Of a stretch of 64,000 bases of DNA, positions 38,649-49,433 are shown piece by piece. Numbering within the stretch: position 1 is the first letter of the stretch; each line of letters opens with the position of its first letter. Source of the DNA: Anolis carolinensis (Eukaryota); assembly GCF_035594765.1 (NCBI RefSeq), contig NC_085845.1:22376024-22440023 (forward strand). The letters are read 5' to 3'. The position numbers and the translations under genes are program-made. Under the pieces are notes generated by a model. The model had not been told where the DNA came from. It saw only the letters and a list, made by a program, of their open reading frames with translations, and searched no databases.

Positions 38649-39794
38649 GCATAGATCATGCAAAAATATTAAAACTGAACAACATTCTCACTGTAGTACA
38701 GACCTAAAAATCTCCCTGCATCATTCTTCCAATAAGGCATGTGAAGGGGGAAAATTGTTTGGTAAATCCTGCCATCTTCCTCTCCCTCTTATTCTTCTAA
38801 TGCATTTGCAAATTGTTTTCAAAATTGTGCATTCATAATGAAGAAATGGATAATCCAACATGGCAGTAACTCAGAGTGCTTTGCAACTTGCTTTTTTTCT
38901 CCTCTCCAAGTTATTCTCTCTGGTGGGAGACAGATGTGTTGTCTCTAATTATTTGCTGATTGGCATCAGGAGATAGATTAACATAATTGGCACATTTGTT
39001 CTAATTAACAGAGGGAACCTGCCACATGCCACCCAACATGAAATGTGACACCAACCGCCAACCGCAAGAGAGGAAAGCCCACAGTTGTCAGGAGGCCATT
39101 CTCTTACAGTCCTAATTCGATTCTTCTTTCTTTGAGGGTGTTGTAAGCAACACTTTAATGTTAAAATAATTCATCACATCTACAAACAGGAGAATATAGA
39201 ACCAATCTTTGTTGTTTCTGCTTTAATATGGTCTTGAATTAGTGCTACAGTGTTTGGCAAACTAATAAATTAGATTAATCAACTCAAAAGGCCCCTCAAA
39301 TTATTAGATAGCATATTTATATAATTGTGAACTTTTTGTTTTAAAAAAGTGCAAGGACCCAACGAATACATAAATAGCAGTACTGACTTACTGAAAGTGC
39401 TCTGCTCATTCAGAAAATGCTTTTAAACAAATTAGGTCTGCTTTTACCCATGGGTATCTCATAAAACACATAAGAATCCTATTTTAATTGCTTTGCTTTT
39501 CACATTTATTTGATGCTCGAGGTGCTGTGGGATATATTTTAGAGGACAGAACTAGCAAAACTACCTGTGAGTATTCCTTTCCTTTAAAAAAAACCCTATG
39601 AAATTCATGGTGGCTTGAAAGCACATAAAACACATGTGGTTTTCCCCACCAAGAATAGCTACAGATTGATTTATAGCATTTCAGTTAATAATGCAACATC
39701 ACAGTCAAGGGGTAGCTGAACAACTTGCACAGGACTTTTTATACCAAGTGGCTTATTTCAGCAGGAGGTTTCATAAATACCAGTCTACTTTTAG

Positions 39795-39876
39795 CCTCCA
39801 TTGAAGAAGTAGATTGATAACCATCAAAACTCATGCCTAAATAAACCAGTTATTCATAAGGTGCAATTGAATTCCT
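39795..39876 (+). mobile_element. Decayed 3' end of a second, older Penelope-like family with a mutated hammerhead core
   Basis: ttgaagaagtaga...tcaaaactcatgcctaaataaaccagttattcataaggtgc resembles the recalled reptile PLE terminus CTGAAGAAG...CGAAAGCTCATGC...AATAAA...GTTAGTCT.TAAGGTGC. Confidence 0.5.
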
Positions 39877-39907
39877 TGATTCTAATCCCTCTTCCATTTT
39901 ACATATA

Positions 39908-41527
39908 CAGTGTCCCCTCACTTATTGTTGTGAATGAGTCTTCTGAGGCTGTGAGTGATAATGGTAGGATCAGGAGGGGAAGGAAGAATCCTTGCGAGGA
40001 GGGCTTGCTGGAAGATTTACATAGGAAGAGTGTCAGGGAGATAGATGAGGAATCCTCAAATGAGGATTCATTTGGGGAGTTGGAAGGGAATCCTGAGATG
40101 GAAATGACTGTTGAGGACCCGATGGTGGCGAAAGGGGTTGGCATTGACTAGGCATGGGATCCGGAGGATCTTGGGGAGGAAACTGGGCCCATGGATGCTG
40201 AGGACGCAGGAGAGGCTTGGGTTTCTTCAGAAAAAGCCCCCACATGGTCTGCCTGGAGGAATGAGGGTGATTCCGCAGGTGTAGACAGGGTTGGGCGTAG
40301 GCAGAATGATTTTGACTCTGATGAGGAACTTGGGATGCCTGATCCTAAGGCGTTGGCTGTTTGGAGCTCGGATTCTGATGAGGAGCTTGGGACACCTGAT
40401 CCTAAGGTGTTGGCTGTTTGGACATCCAAGGAAACCTAAATAAATTGGGGGGGGGAGGGTTGGCCATTGTTCCTTGCGTGTGGCAAGGTGTTGTTGGGCG
40501 CCATTGGGTTTCTTGTATTTGACTCCGAAGACTGGCTTGGGACTTTGCAACCGATGTAAGTTTGATCCAGGTTATTCTACAACGGAGGGCTGGAACTGTG
40601 TGGGTTTTCTGTTTGGACTGCATTGTTATTACTATTTTGCATTAGCTGCTGCTCACCTTCGTTGTCTTGGCTGTTTGTGTTATCCTGCAACGTGGACCTC
40701 GCTGTGACGACTTCACCCTTTGGACCTTGGACTGGAACTCTACTTGGCATATCTCTCCGCTCTTAAACTCGGCTTGGCATCAATCCCGTGTTCGTGGCTG
40801 ACTTCTATTGCTGACCGCTGGCTTCACCTTCGACTCTGATGCTGTTCTCCAATCCTCACTCCGGACCTGTTAGACTTCGCTACAACATTTCGTTCCCCTG
40901 ACATCTGGCTTGGCTTTCGACTCCACAGCGACTCGTCGCCATTGCCTCAGCGTTTTCCAACATTGTTTGTCTGCGCCGCTTTTGGCGAAGAACTTTAGCC
41001 CAATTTGGGCTTTCTCTTTAGTTTTGGGCTTTTTGCTGTACTTTTGGGTTTTGGGGAAGTTTTGCGCCTTTGGGAATTCTTGCCCTTGTTTGTTTTGCTG
41101 TTTTGACTTTGCCTTGCAATTTTGAGCTGTTTTCAGGCACTTTGGTTTTAATCCGGATTATATTCCCGGATAATCTGGATTATATTCTGGTTAGCGTTTT
41201 TAGGTTTCTTGCTCTGAACTGTTTAATCACACTGAAGTGAAAGTGTTGTGAGCTCTCTGGACCTTGTGCTGAGCTTTGAGTTATCTTTGAATAAACTATA
41301 TTTATTTTACTGGCTGGCGTCTGACCTTTGACACTTATTGTGGGGGTTATGTTCCAGGACCACCCGCAAGAAGTGAAAATACGCAAATAAACACTATATT
41401 TATTTTAATATTTATACATTATTTTAGTAGTTATACACTATTTTAAGTCTTTATCAACCAATCGTGTGTTGATAAATAGCCCCCTTCTCCTCCCGTTGCC
41501 GCTTGGGCTCATAGTGAAGGAACACTG
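39908..41527. mobile_element. Tc1/mariner-type MITE interrupted by the solo LTR
   Basis: TA|cagtgtcccctcact ... agtgaaggaacactg|TA. The body is the reverse complement of the 242-636 and 52513-52824 copies. Confidence 0.88.
39926..41333 (+). mobile_element. Solo LTR (1408 bp), probably Gypsy-type
   Basis: TGT...ACA termini, exact 5-bp TSD cttat (39921-39925 / 41334-41338), AATAAA about 40 nt before the 3' end, GC/CpG-rich. Splits a MITE. Confidence 0.85.
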
Positions 41528-42024
41528 TAGTGCCAAACAAGTCAGGGTATCATTCATGAAACCATACAATTTAAATAACAGGTGCAGAGAATGTGAGTCA
41601 GATTGGCATCCATTTTCCAGCTGCACGGCTGATTAAACCATATGGAATATTACTGCTGCATCCAAACTAACTTCATATGGACATTTTATAAGATCTGGAC
41701 AAATGGAAGCTACATCCACAATGTGAATCAATAACTCGGTTCTGATTTACATTCTTACCATTCAGATCTCTGCTTGGCCTTCACTCTAGAAAACAAAGCA
41801 TATATGGCTCTCTCCAGTTTCTCTGTTCAATCATCCTTGTTCAATTTATTAAAGAAAAGAGGGATATCAATTGAAAGATAGTATGGCGGTATTGTGAACA
41901 TTATTGGGGTTTGAGGAATCAATATTATTGGATGATTTAGTAGACATAGAAAGATTTTAAATAATACAAAAATAAGCAAAACTTATAGAATTACCAATGT
42001 GTTATTAGCAAGAATATTACAACA

Positions 42025-42303
42025 CAGGCCAACAAAAATATATTGATGTCTTGGTTTTTAGGCATGTTCCTGTGGTTATTTGGGGCACTGATTCAGAAAA
42101 TTGCAGTAGATAGACCTCATCAGCTCTAGTTAGATATGGTTAGCATGATTTTCTATGGGCAAGCAGATGAAAACTGGTATATGGCATATATTCTGTATCT
42201 AGAGCTGACAGAAAAAAATTGGTGCCATTTTTGGAATCAGCAAGTTAAATATACCCAGAAACAGGGCTAACATTTGAGGCACCAAAATATGTGTTGGTCA
42301 GTG
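42025..42303. mobile_element. Degenerate DNA-transposon MITE
   Basis: Imperfect TIRs cacaggccaacaaaaat / atgtgttggtcagtg and internal inverted gattcagaaaat / atttttggaatc. Confidence 0.55.
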
Positions 42304-43632
42304 AAATATATTGCTTCTAAAATGGTGTCATTGTATTTGTTTTTATAATATGTGAAAAAAGATCCATTTAAAGTAGAAACATATTGAATAGGAAGCAGAG
42401 GTGGGAAAGTAACCAAGGGTAGCCCATTTTCAGGGTTATACAGCTAAGAGCAAAAGGGGAAATTAGGAAGATTAAATGAGGTTAAAACATAATGGAATGC
42501 TGGAATGGTGGAAGAAGGGAAGAAAGTAAGTCAAACTGGATCAAGATCAAAGAAGAGCAGGAGGCACAAGCAAGGCACATAAGAAAATGAGAAAGATTGA
42601 AAAGAAATAGACGAAAACAGAGTGAAGAAGCAGAAGGGCATTGGAGAGGACAGGGAAAAGCAAGGTGAGATAGAGCCAGCTGGGTTCAGGGATAAAATGT
42701 GCAGACTGGCACTCTGCCCACACAGTCATCCGTAGTCCCCTTTTATGACTAAGTTTCCATTTGAAAAATTCCCTTTGTATCTCCTAAAAGGCATCTCACT
42801 TTTCTATATAGCCTCTTCTCTACCCTACTGCTAAACCGTCCAGAAGATGTGCCCCCTACGCACCACACTGTTCTGCAAGTGACAATGCCACTTCCCCAGC
42901 CAATCAGTATTCACAGCCACCTCTTCCTTCAACTCTCTGGTCTCTGTATAAAAGCTTTCCTTTTCTGAACAGAATACAAAATACTGCCAGGTTGACAAAA
43001 GCGCCTGCATGGAAATGCATACACACAGGAGTTCCAATTAAGGGATAACGGCAGTGAAAACAGGAGCCACTCTCATCAAACAAAGCAAACAGCAGTTATA
43101 TTAACAATCAATTAGATGCAGCAGCCACCTGATGCTGCATATTTGGATAAGTCCCAGGCTGCTCTGAGCTTTCTGCCCAGACAATGCCAGCTGAGCAGAA
43201 TTTGTGTCATGCTCATTCTAGCTTGGCAAGCAAATGTAATCACTTTGATTACCCCTCCTCCTCCACTCCCCTTTCATCTAGCACGATCTAAGCAGGTACA
43301 ATAGTAGTTTTTAAGCCCAATTGGGTCACCAAACTTTACAGCTGATGCTCTCCAATTAAACTCTTAGGAAAAACCACCCCCCTTTATAATTAGAGAAGCA
43401 ATTCTCCTCTTGTTGAATGTGCAGCAAATCACACATTCCAATGCAAAACTTCATTTAGTTGCTTATGGCATATTAACTAATCTTGTATCTCACTGATGTT
43501 TTGATCTATAACCTTATTACAAGGGGTTAATTTGATGCAGCTGCCTCACTCTGAGAATATTTCTCACTCCCAAGGCGACTGGTTCATTTTTTGAAAGAGC
43601 AAAAGTGATGAGAAAGGGGATTAATTTTACTA

Positions 43633-43773
43633 CCCTGTTTCCCCGAAAATAAGACAGGGTCTTATATTAATTTTTGCTCCCAAAGATGCACTAGGTCTTA
43701 TTTTCAGGGGATGTCTTATTTTTCCATGAAGAAGAGCTCACATTTATTGTTGAACAACAAAATGAACATTTAT

Positions 43774-43810
<37 letters not shown>

Positions 43811-45221
43811 CTTTATTTATACCCCGCCACCATCTCCCCAACGGGGACTCGGGGCGGCTAACATGGGGCCATGCCCAGAGCAATACAACATAATAAGATA
43901 TAAAAACAACATATCATAGCACCATTAAAAATACAATAAATGATAATAGGCATTACATCAAGAAATCAGATGTAATATACTGTAAAGTAGTTGTCATCAC
44001 AAACCAGCATAACCAGACAAACTATGAATCCTATCAAGAATTTCTTGTTACTACCATTATTTACATGTACAACAATCTATGGTACCTCTTGAAATTTAGG
44101 TTTCACAAGGTTTCCACGCTGATTTCTCTCTATTCTAGTTTCAATGTAGTCATGAATGATGAATAATATAATATACTATAATAATAATATGATAATATAA
44201 TAATAATATAATGATATACATTATATTAATGAGATAATATAATATAGGATATAATAATAACAGAAAATGATAATAATATGGTATTAATAGGATAATATAA
44301 TAATGGGATATAATAACAGAATAGCATAATAATATAATAATAATAGGATAATGTAATAGAATAATAGAATGGAATAGAATGATATAAAATATATTAATAG
44401 GATAATATAAAATGGAATATAATAATAATAACAGAATATGCTAATAATAATAAAATAATAATATGATAATATAATAGAATAATATTATAGAATATAATGA
44501 TATAAAATATATTAATAGGGTAATATAAAATGGAATTTAATAATAACAGAATAATAATATAATAATATGAAAATATAATTGAATAATAATAGAATAATAA
44601 TATAATGATATAATAATAATAGAAAAATATAATATAATGATTTAAAATATATTAATAGGATAATATAATAATGGGATATAATAATAGTAACAGAATATGA
44701 TGATAATAATATGGCAATAGAATAATAGTATAAAATAATCAGTTTCATGGCATAGGATAGGAAGATGAGAGGAGAATCCCAATGCGTCCTGTACCTTTAA
44801 GGAGCGAAGCTTTGGGGAGGAGTGGAAAGCCCTCTTCCTTCCCTCCCTCCCACCCTCCCTTGCCCGGGCTCCAGGAGCCAATCAGAAGCCTCTGGGAAGC
44901 AAGGCAGCATGGCCAGGAGGGAGACGGAAGGAAGGAAGAAACGGCAGCAGCCACGGAAGATTCTTCAAGCCTCGGCTGGGGGACAGGCAAGGAAAGGCAA
45001 GGCAGGGAGGGAGGGAGGCACAGAAAGCAAGTACTTTCCCTCCCTCCCTCCGGTGTATGAATGAGTGCTGCTTCTGCCCTGCAGCCATACTTCCCAATGG
45101 AACTCTGCTGCAGCCTTAGTTGCTAGGTCTTACTTTCAGGGGAGGCCTTATATTTGGCAATCCCCCCAAACCCCTGCTAGGTCTTATTCTTTGGGGAGGT
45201 CTTATTTTCGGGGAAACACGG
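43633..45221. mobile_element. Non-autonomous Tc1/mariner (pogo-like) element with AT-rich core and nested L2-tail fragment
   Basis: TA|ccctgtttccccgaaaataagac ... gtcttattttcggggaaacacgg|TA, with subterminal ggtcttat repeats. Confidence 0.85.
44160..44740. repeat. AT-rich low-complexity repeat (TAA/ATA/taacagaat units)
   Basis: Direct reading; recurring taataggataatataa and taataacagaat subunits. Confidence 0.9.
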
Positions 45222-46469
45222 TAATAACTCTGCTGAGTAACTCTGGGACAATCTCAGTATGTTCCCTAAGGGGGAAATGTTGACATTTAAGAAATATTGG
45301 TTTTTTTTAAAAATAAGGAGTAAAAAAGATGGAAATACAAGTTCTACTGTAATCTTACTTTAAGAAATCTACCTCCACTGCCAACAACATTGCTATGTAA
45401 CAACATGTTTTACATAACTGTTGAAAGCTTGACCAGAAAAGTTTCCAAACTCCAGCCTACAAACACAAGCACAAAGAAATCCAGTGAGTCAGTTGAACTG
45501 TGCTATTTTATCACAGGACTTGTTCTTCATTGTAGATGATCAATGGAAATGTTTGTTTCAGATATGAAATTGTGGTGGAGAACATACCCACAGAATGTTC
45601 ACTGTCAGTGTTAGATAAGTTATTTTCCACCACTGCTAACTTAAAATTTAACCATTTTAAAACACATTGAGTCAAATTCGTGTTTCAGATTATCCTGATT
45701 ATATACATTCAAAAATTCACAATAGATTGGCTTCATTGCAAACTTACATTGTTTGCAACCTAGAGTAGTTTCTAAATAATTTCAGTATATTGTGGAGTAT
45801 ACACATGGCTCATGTTTCATCCAAACAACCAAATGTTCCATCCAAACAAAGACAGAAAATAGAAGGTGGGATGATAGTAAAATAAAATCCAATAAGAAAA
45901 AAATAAATGACAGAGAAAACATGTATTGCTTGTATTCTAGGCTATATCCTAGCCCCCATGGATTTCACTGTTCCTGAAGTGCAAGAAGTTTTGTTTTCTT
46001 CCAAATGAAATTAGACTACTGTCAATCAGGGCACATCACCTCTGCTTTGCTGTATCATTGTTTGTTAGGGTAGAAAATAATGAATTTTGGTTTTACTATT
46101 ACATTGGTCAGGCAAACAATGTATTCTCATAGAGGAAAAATCAGTAGATTTGGATATCTTCCTCCCTGCCCTGTCCACTGTGCCTAGCAATTTCTTTGGT
46201 AATGGGAGGAGGAGCCATGTGTGTGGAAAGTGGTCAAAATTTAGGAATATTGTTCACAACTCTGCAAGTGATGAAGCTGTGGAATGTCTACATTTTAGGT
46301 ATAGTCCTATAGGGATTCTGCAACAATATATGGCTCTTACAGACCAAAACATTGCATTGGAGTATAGGATCTCAACGTTTAGATCTGATGATGTAAATTA
46401 ACAATTCAGTAGGTTTTACAGTTTCTTGAATGTTACAATGTAGTTTAAATGAAAATCTGAATTTAAATA

Positions 46470-46792
46470 CAGTAGAGTCTCACTTATCCAACACTCACTT
46501 ATCCAACATTCTGGATTATCCAACGTATTTTTGCAGTCAGTGTTTTCAATACATTGTGATATTTTGGTACTAAATTCATAAATACAGTAATTACTACATA
46601 GCATTACTGCGTATTGAACTACTTTTTCTGTCAAATTTGTTGTTAAACATGATGTTTTGGTGCTTAATTTGTAAAATCAAAACCTAATTTGATGTGTAAT
46701 AGGTTTTTCCTTAATCCCTCCTTATTATCCAACATATTTGCTTATCCAACGTTCAGCCAGCCCGTTTATGTTGAATAAGTGAGACTTTACTG
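46470..46792. mobile_element. Tc1/mariner-type MITE
   Basis: TA|cagtagagtctcacttatccaac ... gttgaataagtgagactttactg|TA, with internal ttatccaac subrepeats. Confidence 0.88.
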
Positions 46793-48277
46793 TATGCATT
46801 TTGAAACAAATACGTAGTTGAGCAGAGAACAACAAATATACTTCTTTTCTGTTTTACTTAGAGTAACTTGAAGTATAGTCCCTAACTATACGTATATTGT
46901 TTACAGTTTGACTTGAAAGAGATGGCTATCTGACATCCAACAGTTGCTTCTTATGGTATTAAATAAATATTAAAATAAAAGTCTTCAAACAAATGAGTGA
47001 AATTCCAAACAAAGAACATATTCAGCTCCAAATTAAAACAATCAGATAATCCTTCAATGGACCAAGTTATCTTTCATCACTCCACTTTTTCTTCTTCAAA
47101 ACTTTATCTTGCCATTTACAGCTAGTGGCAGCAATAAAACCAAACATTAAGGTATTCATACTCATTTATGTTTAGTCCTTTGTTCTTTTAATAGCGTTGG
47201 AAGGAGTCTACACAGTAGCTCTATTAAGCTAATCTACTATCTGGGTGTTTGATCTCCCTCCTGACTAAAAAGAAAAGAAAGGAGCTCTTTGGAATAGCTA
47301 CTGCCTACATGACTCTTGGACTTGCCAAGTGTTAATTGGTGTCTGCCCCGACATCAGAACAAATAGCTTTCACAGCCAATTAGCTGGCAGTCATCAATCT
47401 TTTATGCTTGACAAAGTGAAAGTATGTGGCATGGTCTGGAAGAACATCAGATATTAGCATGCCAGCTCCTGAATTATTACAATTATTCTATAGAGTGTTA
47501 GGGAAACATTGCATGCTAGGAGGACTCAAGCTTGCCCACAAGGAATGGTCTCCAACCACAAGCTTTCCTACCAAATCACAGATTGGGGGGGTTAGCGAGC
47601 AGACCCCAATGATTATTTGGTTGCAGAAATGTGCCACATAAAAGAGCCATTAGCCTCTTTGTTACCATTTCACATGTTTCTGGGATTAATTCACAATATT
47701 TCTATAGGAATTCTTATATTGCGTAATATAATCTCTAACACTAACTAAAGAAAAAACCAGACTTGCAAACACTTAATGGGAAATGACAAAATAAAATCAA
47801 GACCCCAAACTGTAGCAAATTCACTATGCATTGTTACATGTAGGCCAAAACAGAAGGGGACTACTTGCTTGTAAATTGTACTTCATTCATCACCTACACA
47901 GAATTCATATTTGACTTTTGGTAAGGCAAGATACCATTTCCTAATGAAAAACTAAGTCTAATACATATATTCAATGAACCAATCCATCTTAAGCCTAAGA
48001 AAGGCCCTTTTCTTAGATGAAAATAATATTTTACAATACTGCAATCTAGTTGTTCCTACAGCAAGTCTTACATATCTTTAGTACATATTGTAACAGAAGG
48101 CAGGAGTTCCAAAACATATCTCTTTATAGAAACTGTTTTGCAGACTAGCCTTCCTTATTGTTCTACTTTAGTATCCCATATATTGTGTATCCAGCCAAGT
48201 TTACTCAGTCGCTAACCTTTCTTTACAGATCAGCAATTTTGAAACTTATCTCCTGGTGGTATTGGGTTTCAATCTCA

Positions 48278-48428
48278 GCCCCTCTTCCACACAGCTGAAT
48301 AAAATCCCACATTATCTGCTTTGAACTAGGATATATGTCAATCTAGACTCAGACAACCCAGTTCAAAGCAGACATTGTAGGTTATTCTTCCTTGATATTC
48401 TGGGTTATATGGCTGTGTGGAAGGACCC
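48278..48428. mobile_element. PIF/Harbinger-like MITE
   Basis: TIR core cttccacacagc / gctgtgtggaag, 3-bp TSD tca, internal ctgctttgaact / agttcaaagcag. Confidence 0.75.
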
Positions 48429-49387
48429 TCAGTCAGCATAGCCAATGATTAGGGATTCTGAGAGTTCAACTATGGAGCCAAGTCTGGGAACACTGTTGTA
48501 GTTACTGTTATATGAAACGCTGGCCTGTATTATGCATGACATCCTGGGCTAATAAATAATTCAGATGTCCTATAAATGTTCTAATAAATCCAATTTAACT
48601 TGAGATAGATACTGAACAAGAGAGAGAGAATAGAACAAGAATCTTGCATTTCTTAATTGCAATACTTCAGAACAATACAAGTTAATAAAATATGTCAGCT
48701 TCTTTGCACGTAGTAGAGCTATATAGTGAAGTGAATGTCAAAATGTGCAATTACTCCCTTCTGTTATTTCACATACTACTCCTTTAGTATATCACAAGAA
48801 GAAATCAAAAATCTGAAACACAGAGGTACATTAATGTGTGAGGAGTACTGACAAAAATTAAGAAGCTAATAATCGCCCTCCCAAATCTTTTGGCTGAGAT
48901 ATACTGTATATACAGATTGCTGATGGGATAATAAGTTAAAGATTATATGAGAGAAGAAAGACACTGAACAATTTCAAAGTTATAATTGCTAGCCATATGT
49001 AGAGAAAGCCCAAGATATTCACAAAACGTGAGCTCAAATGAGCTCAGATTTATCAATGGTATTACCATACAATTAATAAAAATATGTAAATATGGTTAGT
49101 ACTTGTGAAAAGACATAATCATATTAACCTAAACTACACGTACATAAGAGGTTGGGAGAGTAAGCACTTCATATTGGAGAATTATTATCATAACGGTCAG
49201 ATGTTATTACTGAAAGTCAGAACTTTTTAAAGGTCAAATGTTATTAATATTATTTTAAAGTGGTTATGAGATAACCAGTTAATCTGCTTCTAATAATTTT
49301 GGGCTAAATGAAACTATATGGATTAGGATAATGAAACACATTTATAATTTGTGGATGAATGCAGAAATCTTCTTGGCTTCTTGGAGC

Positions 49388-49393
<6 letters not shown>

Positions 49394-49430
<37 letters not shown>
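49394..49430. repeat. (TG)18 microsatellite at the 3' end of the retrocopy
   Basis: Direct reading. Confidence 0.95.

Positions 49431-49433
<3 letters not shown>

Noticed and set aside
40315-40430. Repeat-spacer pattern as a CRISPR-like array
   Set aside because: A simple two-copy tandem duplication inside an LTR in a vertebrate genome; no unique spacers.
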